NCBI GenBank assembly: GCA_039920665.1
Contig: JBDSDH010000042.1
Coordinates: forward strand, 2,532 to 66,531
From: Ilumatobacteraceae bacterium
GTDB lineage: Bacteria > Actinomycetota > Acidimicrobiia > Acidimicrobiales > Ilumatobacteraceae
Length of the DNA stretch: 64,000 nucleotides
Direction: 5' to 3'
A model generated the notes under the pieces. It saw only the letters and a program-made list of their open reading frames with translations. It did no database searches and was not told where the DNA came from. How positions within the stretch are numbered: the stretch's first letter is position 1; every line of letters starts with the position of its first letter. The translations under genes were made by a program, and so were the position numbers. Shown one piece after another: positions 28,472 through 38,849 of this stretch.

Positions 28472-29545
28472 TCAGGCGTGCCGGCGGCGGCGGCTGCGAC
28501 GCACGAGGCTGACGACCAGGGCCACCAGCCCTGCGGCTGTCGCGATCATTCCGCCGAGAGCGAGTTCCTGTTTGCGCTTCGGTGTGATCATCGTCCACCA
28601 CTTCGCCTCGGTGCCCTCGACATAGGCCTGCTCGTTGGTGACCAACGGCCGCCAGCCCTGTTGCTTGAGCCGATCGTTGGCCACCAGCCACGGCGAATGG
28701 GTGTAGCTGCGCAGTCCGGGCGGAATCGGTCCGCGCTGGAACTGCCAGCGAATCCGCGTCACGACTTCGGCGACACGAGCGGGCAGCTTGACCTTTGGTG
28801 CCGAGCCGGCGAGCGCGCGCACCCGATCAGATGCGACCCAACCGTCAGGAGCCACGTTGAACACACCGTCGAGACGGCGTTCTGTGGCGATCAACACTGC
28901 CGCGGCGAGATCGTCGAGGTGCACGAACTGGGCGCCGGGATCGTCCTCCCCCGATCGTTGGCCGAGTCCCGCAGCGAGCGCCCGGGCCAAGCTCGATGTG
29001 CCGTCAGCCGCCATCGAGATCACCGGTCGCAGGACGGTCGCCGTGCGGCCCGGCGCGCTCGTTCGCCAGTCATCGACCATCTGCTCGACCGATGCCAACT
29101 GGCGGGCGAACACGAAGTCGAGGTCGGGTCGCAGCGCAGCGTCCTCGGTGAGCGGCACCGGATTGTTGGCCCACGCTCCGTAGACCATCGCCGACGACAG
29201 CAGCACGATGTGGCGCACATCGCGCGCCCGAGCAGCTTCGAGCAGCGATGCCGCTCCTTTGGTGACGCTCTCGCGGCGACGAGCGCGGGTGTCGTGGTCA
29301 CCGGCTGCCAGATGCACGGCGATGTCGATCCGCCCCGCGTCGAGCGGCGAGGCGACCTCGTCGCTGGTGGCCATCGCGACGGCGGCGGGAACGATGTCGA
29401 ACTCGGGCCGGTTACCGAGCAGTGTCACCACCCGAACGCCGAGCCCGCTCTCGGTTCCGGTGACCAACACAGTGGTGCGATGGTCGATGATCCCCGGCCC
29501 GCCGGGTATGACCGCAGGTTCTGATTCGACCGGTGCACTCGTCAC
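28472..29545 (-). CDS. NAD-dependent epimerase/dehydratase (extended SDR) with C-terminal TM anchor
   Basis: VLVTGTESGLGVRV (Rossmann), SSAMVYG and a C-terminal TM helix (GGMIATAAGLVALVVSLV). The GTG at 29545 is chosen as start and is uncertain. Confidence 0.75.
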   Translation of the reverse strand: MTSAPVESEPAVIPGGPGIIDHRTTVLVTGTESGLGVRVVTLLGNRPEFDIVPAAVAMATSDEVASPLDAGRIDIAVHLAAGDHDTRARRRESVTKGAASLLEAARARDVRHIVLLSSAMVYGAWANNPVPLTEDAALRPDLDFVFARQLASVEQMVDDWRTSAPGRTATVLRPVISMAADGTSSLARALAAGLGQRSGEDDPGAQFVHLDDLAAAVLIATERRLDGVFNVAPDGWVASDRVRALAGSAPKVKLPARVAEVVTRIRWQFQRGPIPPGLRSYTHSPWLVANDRLKQQGWRPLVTNEQAYVEGTEAKWWTMITPKRKQELALGGMIATAAGLVALVVSLVRRSRRRRHA

Positions 29546-29709
29546 CCGGCCGACGTTAACCGGCCGACACCGCCGGCCGCTGTCGTCATCCTCGCGGATC
29601 GCCTCCTCGCGGATCGTGCTCCATGCAGGTCGTCGTCCTCCTCGCGGTTGATGACGTTCCACCGCTGGTCGTCACGACAACCCGCAGGGTCAGCGTTAGC
29701 ATTCGAGCC

Positions 29710-31020
29710 ATGGCAGCTGGCTCTTCCGGCGACAACCCGCTCGGCGACAACCCATTCGGCAATCTCCCGATGTTCGGAGATCTGGCCAAGGCCCTCTCCG
29801 GCCAGGGCCCGCTCAACTGGGATGCTGCTCGGCAGTTCGCTCAGCTGGCGGCGACCGAGGGTGGACACGAGACCAACGTCGATCCGGCGGTGCGGTTCGC
29901 GCTCGCCGAACTCGCCCGCATCGCCGAGCCGCACGTCCTCGACGTCACCGCCCAAGACGTCAGCGGCTACGAAGTCACCACCACCACTCCGGGTGCGTGG
30001 GCGCAGCAGACACTCGACGCGTATCGGCCGTTGTTCACCGAACTCGCAGTGTCACTCGCGAAACGCCCCGCTGCGTCGGACGAGGACGACAGTGACGACA
30101 CCACGGATCCGATGATGGCGATGATGGCAGGACTCAGCCAGATGATGGCCCCGGCGATGCTCGGGATGGCGATCGGCTCGATGGTCGGCCGCCTCGGCAA
30201 GCGGGCGTTCGGTCAATACGACCTGCCCATCCCACGAGCCGCTGCTGCGGGGGGTCGCCCGGCCAATCAGGTGTCGCTCGTGCCCAGCACCGTCGATGCG
30301 TTCGCCCAGGATTGGAGCCTGCCCCGCGACTCGATGCGGTTGTGGGTGCTGGCCCACGAGCTCACCACCCACGCCGTGTTCTCCGTCGAACACATCCGCG
30401 AAGGACTGAGCCAGCTCGTTCGGGCGCACGTTGCCGCGTTCCAGCCGGACCCGTCAGCGGTTGCCGAAAAGTTGGGCTCGCTCGACATGGAGGGTGGCGA
30501 TCCAATGGCGGCGCTGCAAAAGACACTCGGCGATCCGGAGATCCTGCTCGGCGCGGTCGAGAGTCCAGCCCAGGCAGCGCTGAAGCCGCAACTCGACGCG
30601 TCGTTGGCCGCTGTCATCGGCTATGTCGACTTTGTCGTCGACGCCGTCACCAATCGGCTCATCGGTGGGGACGCCCAGCGGATCAGCGAAGCCGTGCGCC
30701 GCCGCCGAGTGGAAACGTCGCCCGACGATGTGTTCGTCGAGCGCCTGCTCGGCCTGCACCTCACCCGTCAACAGGTCGAGCGTGGCCGCAGTTTCGTCAA
30801 CGGCGTGTTCGAGCGGGGCGGCCAGGTCGCCGTCAATCAATTGCTCGAACGCCCTGGCTCGTTGCCGACCCCGGCCGAGGTCGATGCGCCGGGTCTGTGG
30901 ATGGCCCGCCTCGACATTGCCATCGCCAGTGGTGCCGACGCCGAGATCGACAACGAGTCCGAGGTCGAGTTCAATGTCGACGACCTCAACCCGGACGACT
31001 TCGGCTCCACCGACAACTGA
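29710..31020 (+). CDS. Zinc-dependent metalloprotease, DUF2342 family
   Basis: N-terminal GNLPMFGDLAKAL and LWVLAHELTTHAVF (HExxH-like), typical of the actinobacterial DUF2342 family. The C-terminus is acidic. Confidence 0.8.
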   Translation: MAAGSSGDNPLGDNPFGNLPMFGDLAKALSGQGPLNWDAARQFAQLAATEGGHETNVDPAVRFALAELARIAEPHVLDVTAQDVSGYEVTTTTPGAWAQQTLDAYRPLFTELAVSLAKRPAASDEDDSDDTTDPMMAMMAGLSQMMAPAMLGMAIGSMVGRLGKRAFGQYDLPIPRAAAAGGRPANQVSLVPSTVDAFAQDWSLPRDSMRLWVLAHELTTHAVFSVEHIREGLSQLVRAHVAAFQPDPSAVAEKLGSLDMEGGDPMAALQKTLGDPEILLGAVESPAQAALKPQLDASLAAVIGYVDFVVDAVTNRLIGGDAQRISEAVRRRRVETSPDDVFVERLLGLHLTRQQVERGRSFVNGVFERGGQVAVNQLLERPGSLPTPAEVDAPGLWMARLDIAIASGADAEIDNESEVEFNVDDLNPDDFGSTDN

Positions 31021-31137
31021 CGCAGCAATCTCGCGTCGTTCGAGTTGCCGCTCCAATCTGGTGGTCTACCGGACTGATCGAGTGCCCGGATCGAGACGGA
31101 GTCCAGCGCCGCACCGTCGTCGTGGGGCTGCGCAGAG

Positions 31138-32724
31138 CTAGCGGGATCTGCCGGTCTTCGGGGCATGCAGCGGGGCACCACGCAGGGCGCGGCGCACAGC
31201 ATCCGGCGGCGGTGGCGGAGGTGGCACAGCACCTGGTCGATCACCGGCTCTGGGCGGCGGCAAGGTCTTGTCGAGCGGACGAGTGGTGCCGCGAGTCGGT
31301 GTCGAGCCTTCACGCTTGAACTTGCGCCGTTCGAGTTCGGCAGCGAGATTGCGCCGCGCTCGTTTGCCGAACGGTTCGGGAATCGGCTTGCCGGCCGCAA
31401 CCCGTCGGGTACCGAGGATGTACGACACCGAGGCGAACAGCGCGATCAGACCAACGATCGCGAACCCGAGCGGACCTTCGCCGTCGGTGTCGGGTCCGTA
31501 CAGCACCGGGATCACGCCACCGATGACCCACGCCAGTTGGAACTTGGTTTCGAACTGGGCGAACGCGCGGCCCTGGTTCGCGTCGGGAGCATCTCGTTGG
31601 ACGAGCGAGTCGAACGCGAGCCGGCACAGCGCAGCGGAGAAGTTCGCGACGAGTGCGAGCAGAATCCCCGAGACGACGCCGCCGAACAACGCCGCACTGA
31701 TGCCGCCAATCGCAGTGATACTGAGTCCGCCGATGAACATCCGCTCCTCGTGGGCGCTCTTGCGGATCATCGGGGCAACGGCGTTGCCGATCATCACACC
31801 GACGGTGACCATCGCGATCGCTGCGCCGACAAGCACCGTGCCGGCTTCCTTGGTGCGCAACCAGAATGCGAGCAGGAAGAAACAAAATCCGACCGACGCT
31901 CGTAGCAACGCCATCGCGCTCGCCGCAAGGGTGATGCCGGCGGCCGTCAGTTCGACCTTCTCCTCCAACGAAGCCTTCTTCGATGCCACGACTTCGCTCG
32001 GCAGACGCGATGCAAAGAAGAACGCACCGACGAAGAGCGCCCCACCCACCAGCAGCGCGCCCTCCGGTCCGGCGATCACCTTGGCCAGCCCAGCGATCGC
32101 CGCGCCGACGAAGCCGAACACGCCCGAGACCAAGCCGAGCTTGGAGTTGGCCTCGACGAGATCTGCTTCGTTGCGGACCACCGAAGGCACGAGCGCCGAC
32201 TTGGAAATGTTCTGGGTCTTCTGCAGGACGAGCGCCGCGAACGCAATCGGGTAGAGCAACACATCGTCGAGGTGGAACGCCATCAGCACCAGTACGAGCG
32301 CCCGACTCAGGGCAACGACCTGCATCAGCAACCGACGGCCGCCGGCCATTCGGTCGATGAACGGCCCGATCAGTGGGGCGACCACGAGGAACGGCACGAA
32401 GCTGATCACCAGGAACAGCAGCACCTTGGGCCGAGCAGCGGTTGGGTTCAGCCCGAGGAACAGCGACGTCGCCAACGCCAGCGCCAGACAACCGTCGCCC
32501 GCCGCGCTGATCGCCTGCACACGCGCCAGGCGAGTGAAGGGTGAGATCCGCGGAGGGCGAGGACCCCTGGGGGAATCACCTGGCCGACGACGCGGAGCCG
32601 GGTCGTCGACCGGTCGACGCAGATCGGCGCGTTGAGCGCGAGCCCCTTGGGCTGCCCTTGCAGCCACCGATGAACGTGGGGTCCGGAGCGGATCTCGGGT
32701 TCCACGCGACGGATCGGAGCTCAC
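31138..32724 (-). CDS. MFS transporter
   Basis: About 12 TM helices with an MFS-like loop (PFIDRMAGGRR) and a basic/Pro-rich C-terminal tail. The GTG at 32724 overlaps the regX3 stop (GTGA); the true start may be further in. Confidence 0.75.
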   Translation of the reverse strand: MSSDPSRGTRDPLRTPRSSVAARAAQGARAQRADLRRPVDDPAPRRRPGDSPRGPRPPRISPFTRLARVQAISAAGDGCLALALATSLFLGLNPTAARPKVLLFLVISFVPFLVVAPLIGPFIDRMAGGRRLLMQVVALSRALVLVLMAFHLDDVLLYPIAFAALVLQKTQNISKSALVPSVVRNEADLVEANSKLGLVSGVFGFVGAAIAGLAKVIAGPEGALLVGGALFVGAFFFASRLPSEVVASKKASLEEKVELTAAGITLAASAMALLRASVGFCFFLLAFWLRTKEAGTVLVGAAIAMVTVGVMIGNAVAPMIRKSAHEERMFIGGLSITAIGGISAALFGGVVSGILLALVANFSAALCRLAFDSLVQRDAPDANQGRAFAQFETKFQLAWVIGGVIPVLYGPDTDGEGPLGFAIVGLIALFASVSYILGTRRVAAGKPIPEPFGKRARRNLAAELERRKFKREGSTPTRGTTRPLDKTLPPPRAGDRPGAVPPPPPPPDAVRRALRGAPLHAPKTGRSR

Positions 32725-33461
32725 GCACGCATGTTAGGTGTCGGCCGTTCGTACTTGTAGCCAAGCCCGCGGATCGTCACGATTCGCTCCGGCTTGGCAG
32801 GGTCCGGCTCGATCTTGGCCCGGATCCGTTTGATGTGCACGTCGAGCGTCTTGGTGTCGCCGACGTAGTCAGCACCCCACACGCGATCGATCAGCAACTC
32901 GCGAGGGAGCACCCGACCGACGTTGCTGAGCAACAGATGCAGCAGTTCGAACTCTTTGAGCGGCATGGCCACCGGATCGCCGGACACGGTGACGAGATGC
33001 TCGTCGGCATCGAGCGACACGTCGCCGACGACCAACGAATGGGCGCCGGCGGGCCGGTCGACGGAGGAGTCGCCATTGGCACCGGTCGCCTCCATCGATG
33101 CTCGCCGCAACAGCGCCCGGAGTCGAGCCACGAGTTCGCGAATCCGGTACGGCTTGGTGATGTAGTCGTCGGCACCGACCTCGAGTCCGACCACCATGTC
33201 GATCTCGGAACTCTTGGCAGTCACCATGATGATCGGCACTGCAGAGGTCTTGCGGATCTCGCGGCAGACGTCGATTCCCGAGATTCGGGGCAGCATCAGA
33301 TCGAGCAGGATCACATCCGGTTTGACCGACTCGAACTGTTGCAGCGCGCTTGCTCCATCGACGGCGACGACGACTCGAAAACCCTCGCGGTTGAGGCCGA
33401 CGGTGAGTGCCTCGACGAAGCTGTCCTCGTCCTCGACGAGCAAGACAGTGGGGGTGCTCAT
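32721..33461 (-). CDS. regX3: OmpR-family response regulator RegX3
   Basis: VLLVEDEDSF, DVILLDLMLP and a winged-helix C-terminus (IVTIRGLGYKY). It sits immediately downstream of and overlaps senX3, next to phoU/pst. Confidence 0.9.
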   Translation of the reverse strand: MSTPTVLLVEDEDSFVEALTVGLNREGFRVVVAVDGASALQQFESVKPDVILLDLMLPRISGIDVCREIRKTSAVPIIMVTAKSSEIDMVVGLEVGADDYITKPYRIRELVARLRALLRRASMEATGANGDSSVDRPAGAHSLVVGDVSLDADEHLVTVSGDPVAMPLKEFELLHLLLSNVGRVLPRELLIDRVWGADYVGDTKTLDVHIKRIRAKIEPDPAKPERIVTIRGLGYKYERPTPNMRA

Positions 33462-34624
33462 GGGCGCGTTCTCATTCTGCTGGGATGGTCGGCTGCGGCG
33501 AGCGGCCGATCTGGAATGTGCAGGCGAAACGTCGATCCTTCACCCTCGCGCGAATCGACGGTGACCGCTCCCCCGTGATTGCTGGCGACGTGGCGAACGA
33601 TCGAGAGCCCGAGTCCCGTGCCACCGGTGCCTCGGCTTCGTGCCCTGTCGACGCGGTAAAAACGTTCGAAAATTCGATCGAGGTCGTGTGTCGGGATACC
33701 GATGCCGCTGTCGGTGACAGTGAACGTCACCCCGTTCGATTCAGGGAATGCTGTCAACGTGACGCTGCCGCCGGCCTCGCTGTACTTGACGGCATTGTCG
33801 ACCAGATTGCCCAGTGCCGAAGCGATCTGGGCCTGATCAGCATGAAGCGTGAGGTCCTGCGGGATTTCGCAGACACGCAAGATCACTTCGCGTTGCTTGG
33901 CGGCATAGCTGTTGCGCGACGAGGCTTCGCGTACCAGCGAACCAACGTCGCATTGACTGACGACGAGGTCACCACTCAGTTCGATCCGTGACAACTCGAG
34001 CAGATCGTCGATGATGCCGGCGACGCGGTGCGCTTCGTTGACGGTCTTGCCGGCGAGACGGCTGATCAACACCGGGTCGTCCTCGTCGATCAAGGTCTCG
34101 GCGAGGACTGCGAGTGCACCGATCGGCGTCTTCAGCTCGTGGCTGATGTTGGCAACGAAATCGGTACGCACCGAATCAAGCCGAGACCGTTCGGTGACGT
34201 CTTCGATCGTCGCCACGGCTCCATCGGTACCGAGCGGCTGGGCATGCACGATGACGACCCGACGCGGCGGTCCGTAGAGCTCGACCGTCTGCGATCGCTG
34301 ACCACCGCGCAGTGCGCCGCGGAGGTGATGTTGCACAGCGGCCTGGACGAGCACTTCGCTGTGGGTGTCGCCGCCCGCTTGATCGGATGCCTTGTTGCGG
34401 ACGATGACCCTGCCATCGCCGTCGGCGACGATCACGCCGACCGGCATTGCATCGAGTGCCGATTGCAATCGGTCAGCGACAACGCGTAGTTGACGGAGCG
34501 CCTGTTCGGTCGCCGGATCCGGCCGCGTCACCGGTTCAGCAGCGCGATGCGAGTGACGCGAGACGATCAGCGCTGCAAGGGCGGCTCCAATCACCGCGCC
34601 GGTCAACAACCACACGACCACCAT
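33458..34624 (-). CDS. senX3: Sensor histidine kinase SenX3
   Basis: N-terminal TM helix, PAS-like segment, H-box SHELKTPIGAL, N-box LVDNAVKYS and G-boxes DSGIGIP / GTGLGLSIV. Confidence 0.9.
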   Translation of the reverse strand: MVVVWLLTGAVIGAALAALIVSRHSHRAAEPVTRPDPATEQALRQLRVVADRLQSALDAMPVGVIVADGDGRVIVRNKASDQAGGDTHSEVLVQAAVQHHLRGALRGGQRSQTVELYGPPRRVVIVHAQPLGTDGAVATIEDVTERSRLDSVRTDFVANISHELKTPIGALAVLAETLIDEDDPVLISRLAGKTVNEAHRVAGIIDDLLELSRIELSGDLVVSQCDVGSLVREASSRNSYAAKQREVILRVCEIPQDLTLHADQAQIASALGNLVDNAVKYSEAGGSVTLTAFPESNGVTFTVTDSGIGIPTHDLDRIFERFYRVDRARSRGTGGTGLGLSIVRHVASNHGGAVTVDSREGEGSTFRLHIPDRPLAAADHPSRMRTRP

Positions 34625-34627
34625 TGG

Positions 34628-35386
34628 TCAAGCACCCGTTTCGTTGGTCGCAGGCGGCTGCGTGGTGACATCGTCCAACTCGGAGCCCAAGGGACGCGAA
34701 CGGTAGCGGGCTGCACCGCGATGTTCGGGAAGCCAGCCGGTGATCACGTAACGAACCCGCTCGCCGATGTTGACCGCATGGTCGCCGATCCGCTCGTAGA
34801 ACCGGGCAACGACTGCGAGTTGCACAGCGACCTGGAGGTCGATGTTGCCGGCGGCGTGGCTCTCGAAGATGGCCTGCACGAACTGCTTTTGGAGCGCATC
34901 GAGGTAGTTGTCCATGTCATCGATCGCAGCGGCCTTGGCTGCGTCATTCTCGACAAAGGATTCGATCGCGGCGATGTAGAGCTGTTGGGCCTGCTCGCCC
35001 ATCCGAGTGATGATTCCCCGTAATGACGGATCGAGCTGGTGGCCGTAGATCCGCCGGGCCGCCTTGCAGATGTTGCAAACCAGGTCGGCAGAACGCTCGA
35101 CCTCGGCGATCATTCGCAGCGCAGCAAGAATCTGGCGAAGGTCGACCGCGACGGGCGATTGCAGCGCAAGGATCTGGACGCACCGCTCTTCGAGGTCGAG
35201 GGCACGGGCATCGATCTCGTCGTCGCTGCTGATCACGTAGTCGGCACCTTCGAGGTCGCCCGACAACAAGATGTTGGTAGCTCGTGGAATCGACTCGGTG
35301 ACAAATGCAGCGAGGTGTACCAACTCGCTCCGTACCTCGTCCAGATCCTGGTGGAAGCTCTTGCGCAGTTCGTTCATCATCATCAT
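34628..35386 (-). CDS. phoU: Phosphate signalling complex protein PhoU
   Basis: SFHQDLDEV, two PhoU repeats (ERSADL..., [10 protein letters not shown]). Four consecutive ATG codons sit at the start, and the first overlaps the pstB stop. Confidence 0.9.
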   Translation of the reverse strand: MMMMNELRKSFHQDLDEVRSELVHLAAFVTESIPRATNILLSGDLEGADYVISSDDEIDARALDLEERCVQILALQSPVAVDLRQILAALRMIAEVERSADLVCNICKAARRIYGHQLDPSLRGIITRMGEQAQQLYIAAIESFVENDAAKAAAIDDMDNYLDALQKQFVQAIFESHAAGNIDLQVAVQLAVVARFYERIGDHAVNIGERVRYVITGWLPEHRGAARYRSRPLGSELDDVTTQPPATNETGA

Positions 35387-36255
35387 CCGAACCTTCCTGT
35401 CACATACTGCTCGGTCCGCTCGTCGGCGGGAGTGGAAAACATCGTCTTGGTTCGGCCGAACTCGACCAGCAGTCCAGTGCGACGGTCGCTGTCGGGATTG
35501 ACCTCGGTGGTGAAGAAGGCGGTGCGGTCACTGACGCGAGCCGCCTGCTGCATGTTGTGGGTCACGATCACGATCGTGTACTCCCGCTTCATCTCCTGCA
35601 TCAGGTCCTCGATCCGAGCGGTTGCGATCGGGTCGAGCGCCGAACATGGCTCGTCCATCAACACGACTTCGGGCTCGACAGCGACTGCGCGAGCGATGCA
35701 GAGCCGCTGCTGCTGGCCGCCGGACAGCCCCAGGGCAGATGACTTCAAGCGATCCTTGACCTCGTCCCACAAGGCTGCACCGCGCAGCGACTTCTCGACG
35801 ATGTCGTCGAGCAGGCTCCGCTTCTTGATTCCGCCGAGGCGAGGCCCGTAGGCGACGTTGTCGTAAATGTTCTTGGGGAATGGGTTCGGCTTCTGGAACA
35901 CCATCCCGATCCGACGCCGCACTTCGACTGCGTTCACCTGTGGGTCGTAGAGATCGACGCCGTGGTACTCGACGGTTCCCTCGACGCGGGCGATGTCGAT
36001 CAAATCGTTCATCCGGTTGAAGCAGCGCAGGACGGTGCTCTTACCGCAGCCAGACGGTCCGATGAACGCAGTGATCTCGTGCTTGCGGATGATGAGGTCG
36101 ACATCCCGGACAGCTTGGTGAGCACCGTAGAAAACTTGCAACCCTTTCGTCTCGAACACCGTCGTCGAGCCATCAGTTGCCGATGACGGGTCGGAGGCGA
36201 AGAGAGGTGCACGGGCGGACTCGATGGATTCCTGATGTCGATCGTCGAGTTCCAT
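35383..36255 (-). CDS. pstB: Phosphate ABC transporter ATP-binding protein PstB (second, divergent copy)
   Basis: [36 protein letters not shown] and [14 protein letters not shown] at 36255. Confidence 0.9.
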   Translation of the reverse strand: MELDDRHQESIESARAPLFASDPSSATDGSTTVFETKGLQVFYGAHQAVRDVDLIIRKHEITAFIGPSGCGKSTVLRCFNRMNDLIDIARVEGTVEYHGVDLYDPQVNAVEVRRRIGMVFQKPNPFPKNIYDNVAYGPRLGGIKKRSLLDDIVEKSLRGAALWDEVKDRLKSSALGLSGGQQQRLCIARAVAVEPEVVLMDEPCSALDPIATARIEDLMQEMKREYTIVIVTHNMQQAARVSDRTAFFTTEVNPDSDRRTGLLVEFGRTKTMFSTPADERTEQYVTGRFG

Positions 36256-36347
36256 CCGATTCCTCCCTGCAGATTTTCCGGCGCGGCCAGCGTGATCCAC
36301 CAACCGATGACCGCACCGTAAAGCGCCAAGATGGCCGTCACCCTGAG

Positions 36348-36369
36348 TTCAGGTGAACGAGAGGTGAAC
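36348..36369 (-). promoter_or_regulatory. PHO-box-like pair of 11-nt direct repeats facing the pstB-phoU-senX3-regX3 operon
   Basis: The minus strand reads GTTCACCTCTC GTTCACCTGAA, with exact 11-nt spacing, about 90 nt upstream of the ATG at 36255. Confidence 0.5.
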
Positions 36370-36445
36370 AACACCGGAAGTGCGGTTGGCCGGTCAGGGA
36401 GATCTGTGCCAACGGGCGCGACCACCCCCCGACGATTCGCCAGTC

Positions 36446-36467
36446 GTTCATCTCTGGTTCATCCAGT
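36446..36467 (+). promoter_or_regulatory. PHO-box-like pair of 11-nt direct repeats upstream of pstS
   Basis: The plus strand reads GTTCATCTCTG GTTCATCCAGT, with 11-nt spacing, about 70 nt upstream of the pstS GTG. An AAGGAG RBS lies at 36526-36531. Confidence 0.5.
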
Positions 36468-36538
36468 CTCAGGGTTGTGTACACCTTGCTTGCTTACGGT
36501 TCTCCAATGTTGAACACACCCCTTCAAGGAGAACCAAC

Positions 36539-37762
36539 GTGAACAGAACAAAGAAGAGCTCAGCGATCGTCGCTGGCATGCTCACCCTGTCGCTTCTCGC
36601 CGCAGCCTGCGGCAGCGACGACAACACGACAGCCACCACCCAAGCTGCGGCCGCAACGACAATTGCGCCCGCTGGTGAGGTCCCCACAACGGCCGCGTCG
36701 GTCGAGACCACCGAGGCCGCCGGCGAGACCACTGTCGACACGACCGACAGCACGACAGCGGTCTCGACCAACGCCGGCGAGGCCGTCGACTACGCAGCCC
36801 TCCAAGGCGATCTCGTCGCCTCGGGCGCAACGTTCCCCAAGTCGTTCTACGACGAGTCGATCGCAACGCTCGCCGACGTCGCCCCCGACCTCGTCGTCGA
36901 ATATGGCGGTGGCGGTTCCGGCAAGGGCCGTTCAGACCTGCAGGAAAAGGTCGTGGACTTCGCCGGGACGGATTCCACGGTCAAGGACGAGGACATCGCC
37001 AAGTTCACCGGCGGCGAGTTCGTCTACGTCCCCACCGTTCTCGCCCCGATCACCATGTCGTACAACCTCCCCGGCGTCGACGAACTGCGTCTTGCTCCAG
37101 CCACGATCTCGGCCATCTTCCAACTCGAAATCACCAACTGGAACGATCCGCTGATCGCCGCCGACAACCCCGATGCGACGCTCCCCGACACGACCATCGT
37201 CGTCGCCCGCCGCGCCGACGGTTCGGGCACCACCGACAACTTCAGCAAGTTCCTCAATGCTGCCGCCGGCACCGACGCGGGCGGCACGTGGGCACTCGGC
37301 ACCGGTTCGGAGTTGGAGTGGCCCGAAGGCACCCAGGCCGGCGATGGCAACAGTGGGGTGGCTCAGATCGTGACCAGCACCGAAGGTGCGATCGGTTACG
37401 TCGACCTCAGTGACGCCAACGCCAACGGCCTCACCGTGGCGGCTGTCCAGAACAAGGCCGGCAACTTCGTCCTGCCGACCCTCGAGGCCACCACTGCTGC
37501 GGCCGAGGGTGTCGAGATCAAGGACGACCTGACGTTCTTCGTTGGTTGGGCCGACGGCGACGAGGCATACCCGATCGCCGCTCAGACCTGGATCATTGCG
37601 TACACGACCCAGGACGATCCGGCCAAGGCCGAGAACATCCGCGGCTTCCTGACCTACCTCTTGACCGAGGGCCAGGACATGGCTGCGTCGGTCGATTACG
37701 CGGCGCTGCCTGACTCGCTCCGTGAGAAAGCGTTGGCAAACGTCGCCAAGATCGGCGCCTGA
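36539..37762 (+). CDS. pstS: Phosphate ABC transporter substrate-binding lipoprotein PstS
   Basis: GTG at 36539 preceded by AAGGAG. Lipobox LLAAACGS. Motifs SGATFPKSFY, GGGGSGKG and GAIGYVDL. Confidence 0.9.
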   Translation: MNRTKKSSAIVAGMLTLSLLAAACGSDDNTTATTQAAAATTIAPAGEVPTTAASVETTEAAGETTVDTTDSTTAVSTNAGEAVDYAALQGDLVASGATFPKSFYDESIATLADVAPDLVVEYGGGGSGKGRSDLQEKVVDFAGTDSTVKDEDIAKFTGGEFVYVPTVLAPITMSYNLPGVDELRLAPATISAIFQLEITNWNDPLIAADNPDATLPDTTIVVARRADGSGTTDNFSKFLNAAAGTDAGGTWALGTGSELEWPEGTQAGDGNSGVAQIVTSTEGAIGYVDLSDANANGLTVAAVQNKAGNFVLPTLEATTAAAEGVEIKDDLTFFVGWADGDEAYPIAAQTWIIAYTTQDDPAKAENIRGFLTYLLTEGQDMAASVDYAALPDSLREKALANVAKIGA

Positions 37763-37886
37763 GCCACGACGGATCCCCCCGGTGGACCGGGCCTTCGGGC
37801 CCGGTCCGCTGTTGTCTGCCCACTTGAACCCGCCTGCCCACCTGAACCCTCCCGCCACGAACCCCAGCCGGCCCTCGAAGGATCGC

Positions 37887-38849
37887 ATGACACTCACACT
37901 CTCTGATCTCCGGACCAAGAAGCAGGTCGGCGACAGGATTTTCCGCTACTCCACGGTCGCCGGTGGCGCAGTCATTCTGATCACTCTCGGTCTGATCGCC
38001 TACACGGTGACCAACAAGTCAGCGCTCATCTTCCGCACCGAGGGCCTCAACTTCTTCACCGAACGCCGTTGGGCACCAAGCGCCGACAAGCCGGTCTTCG
38101 GCGCCTTGTCGTTCATCTACGGCACTGCCATCACCGCTGTGATCGCGGTGCTGCTGGCGGTTCCGGTCAGCCTCGGGTTGGCCCTGTTCACCACGCAGGT
38201 CGCGCCGAAGTGGCTGAAGCGACCGCTCGTCACGCTGACCGACATCGTCGCTGTGGTTCCCTCGGTGGTGTTCGGCTTGTGGGGCATCATCTATCTCGCT
38301 CCCAAGCTGGTCGGGTTCTTCAAGAACATGAACGGTTGGTTCGATGGCGTGCCCGTGCTGTCGAGCATTTTCGGCAAGGTCTCTGCCGGTCGCTCGTTCC
38401 TGACGGCAGGGTTGATTCTGGCCGTGATGATCACGCCGATCATCACCTCGCTCGCTCGTGAGGTCATCGAGACCTGCCCTCAAACCGATCGTGATGGCGC
38501 CTTGGCGCTCGGTGCGACACGGTGGGAGATGATCACCGGCGCTGTCTTGCCACACTCGGCCGGCGGCATCGTCGGTGCCGTGATGCTCGGCCTCGGCCGA
38601 GCGATGGGCGAGACCATCGCCGCCGCTCTGGTCATTGGTTCCTCGCCAACCATCACGGCCAACATCTTTTCTTCCGGCGACTCGTTGCCATCGGTGATTG
38701 CGTTCCAGTGGGGTGAAGCAACGAGCGACGAGAAACGCAGCGCCTTGATTGCGATGGGCCTGACGCTGTTCGTCCTCACCTTGGTCGTCAACTTCGCAGC
38801 GACGGCAGTGGTCAACCGAGCCATGAAGCGGATGCAGGGAGCTTCGTGA
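37887..38849 (+). CDS. pstC: Phosphate ABC transporter permease PstC
   Basis: Six-TM permease with an EAA-like loop (ALGATRWEMI). ATG at 37887. Confidence 0.9.
   Translation: MTLTLSDLRTKKQVGDRIFRYSTVAGGAVILITLGLIAYTVTNKSALIFRTEGLNFFTERRWAPSADKPVFGALSFIYGTAITAVIAVLLAVPVSLGLALFTTQVAPKWLKRPLVTLTDIVAVVPSVVFGLWGIIYLAPKLVGFFKNMNGWFDGVPVLSSIFGKVSAGRSFLTAGLILAVMITPIITSLAREVIETCPQTDRDGALALGATRWEMITGAVLPHSAGGIVGAVMLGLGRAMGETIAAALVIGSSPTITANIFSSGDSLPSVIAFQWGEATSDEKRSALIAMGLTLFVLTLVVNFAATAVVNRAMKRMQGAS

Noticed and set aside
35375-35386. Four consecutive ATG codons (MMMM) at the phoU start, as a possible slippery or regulatory element.
   Set aside because: They are most simply alternative in-frame starts overlapping the pstB stop (translational coupling). 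Nothing else suggests frameshifting.
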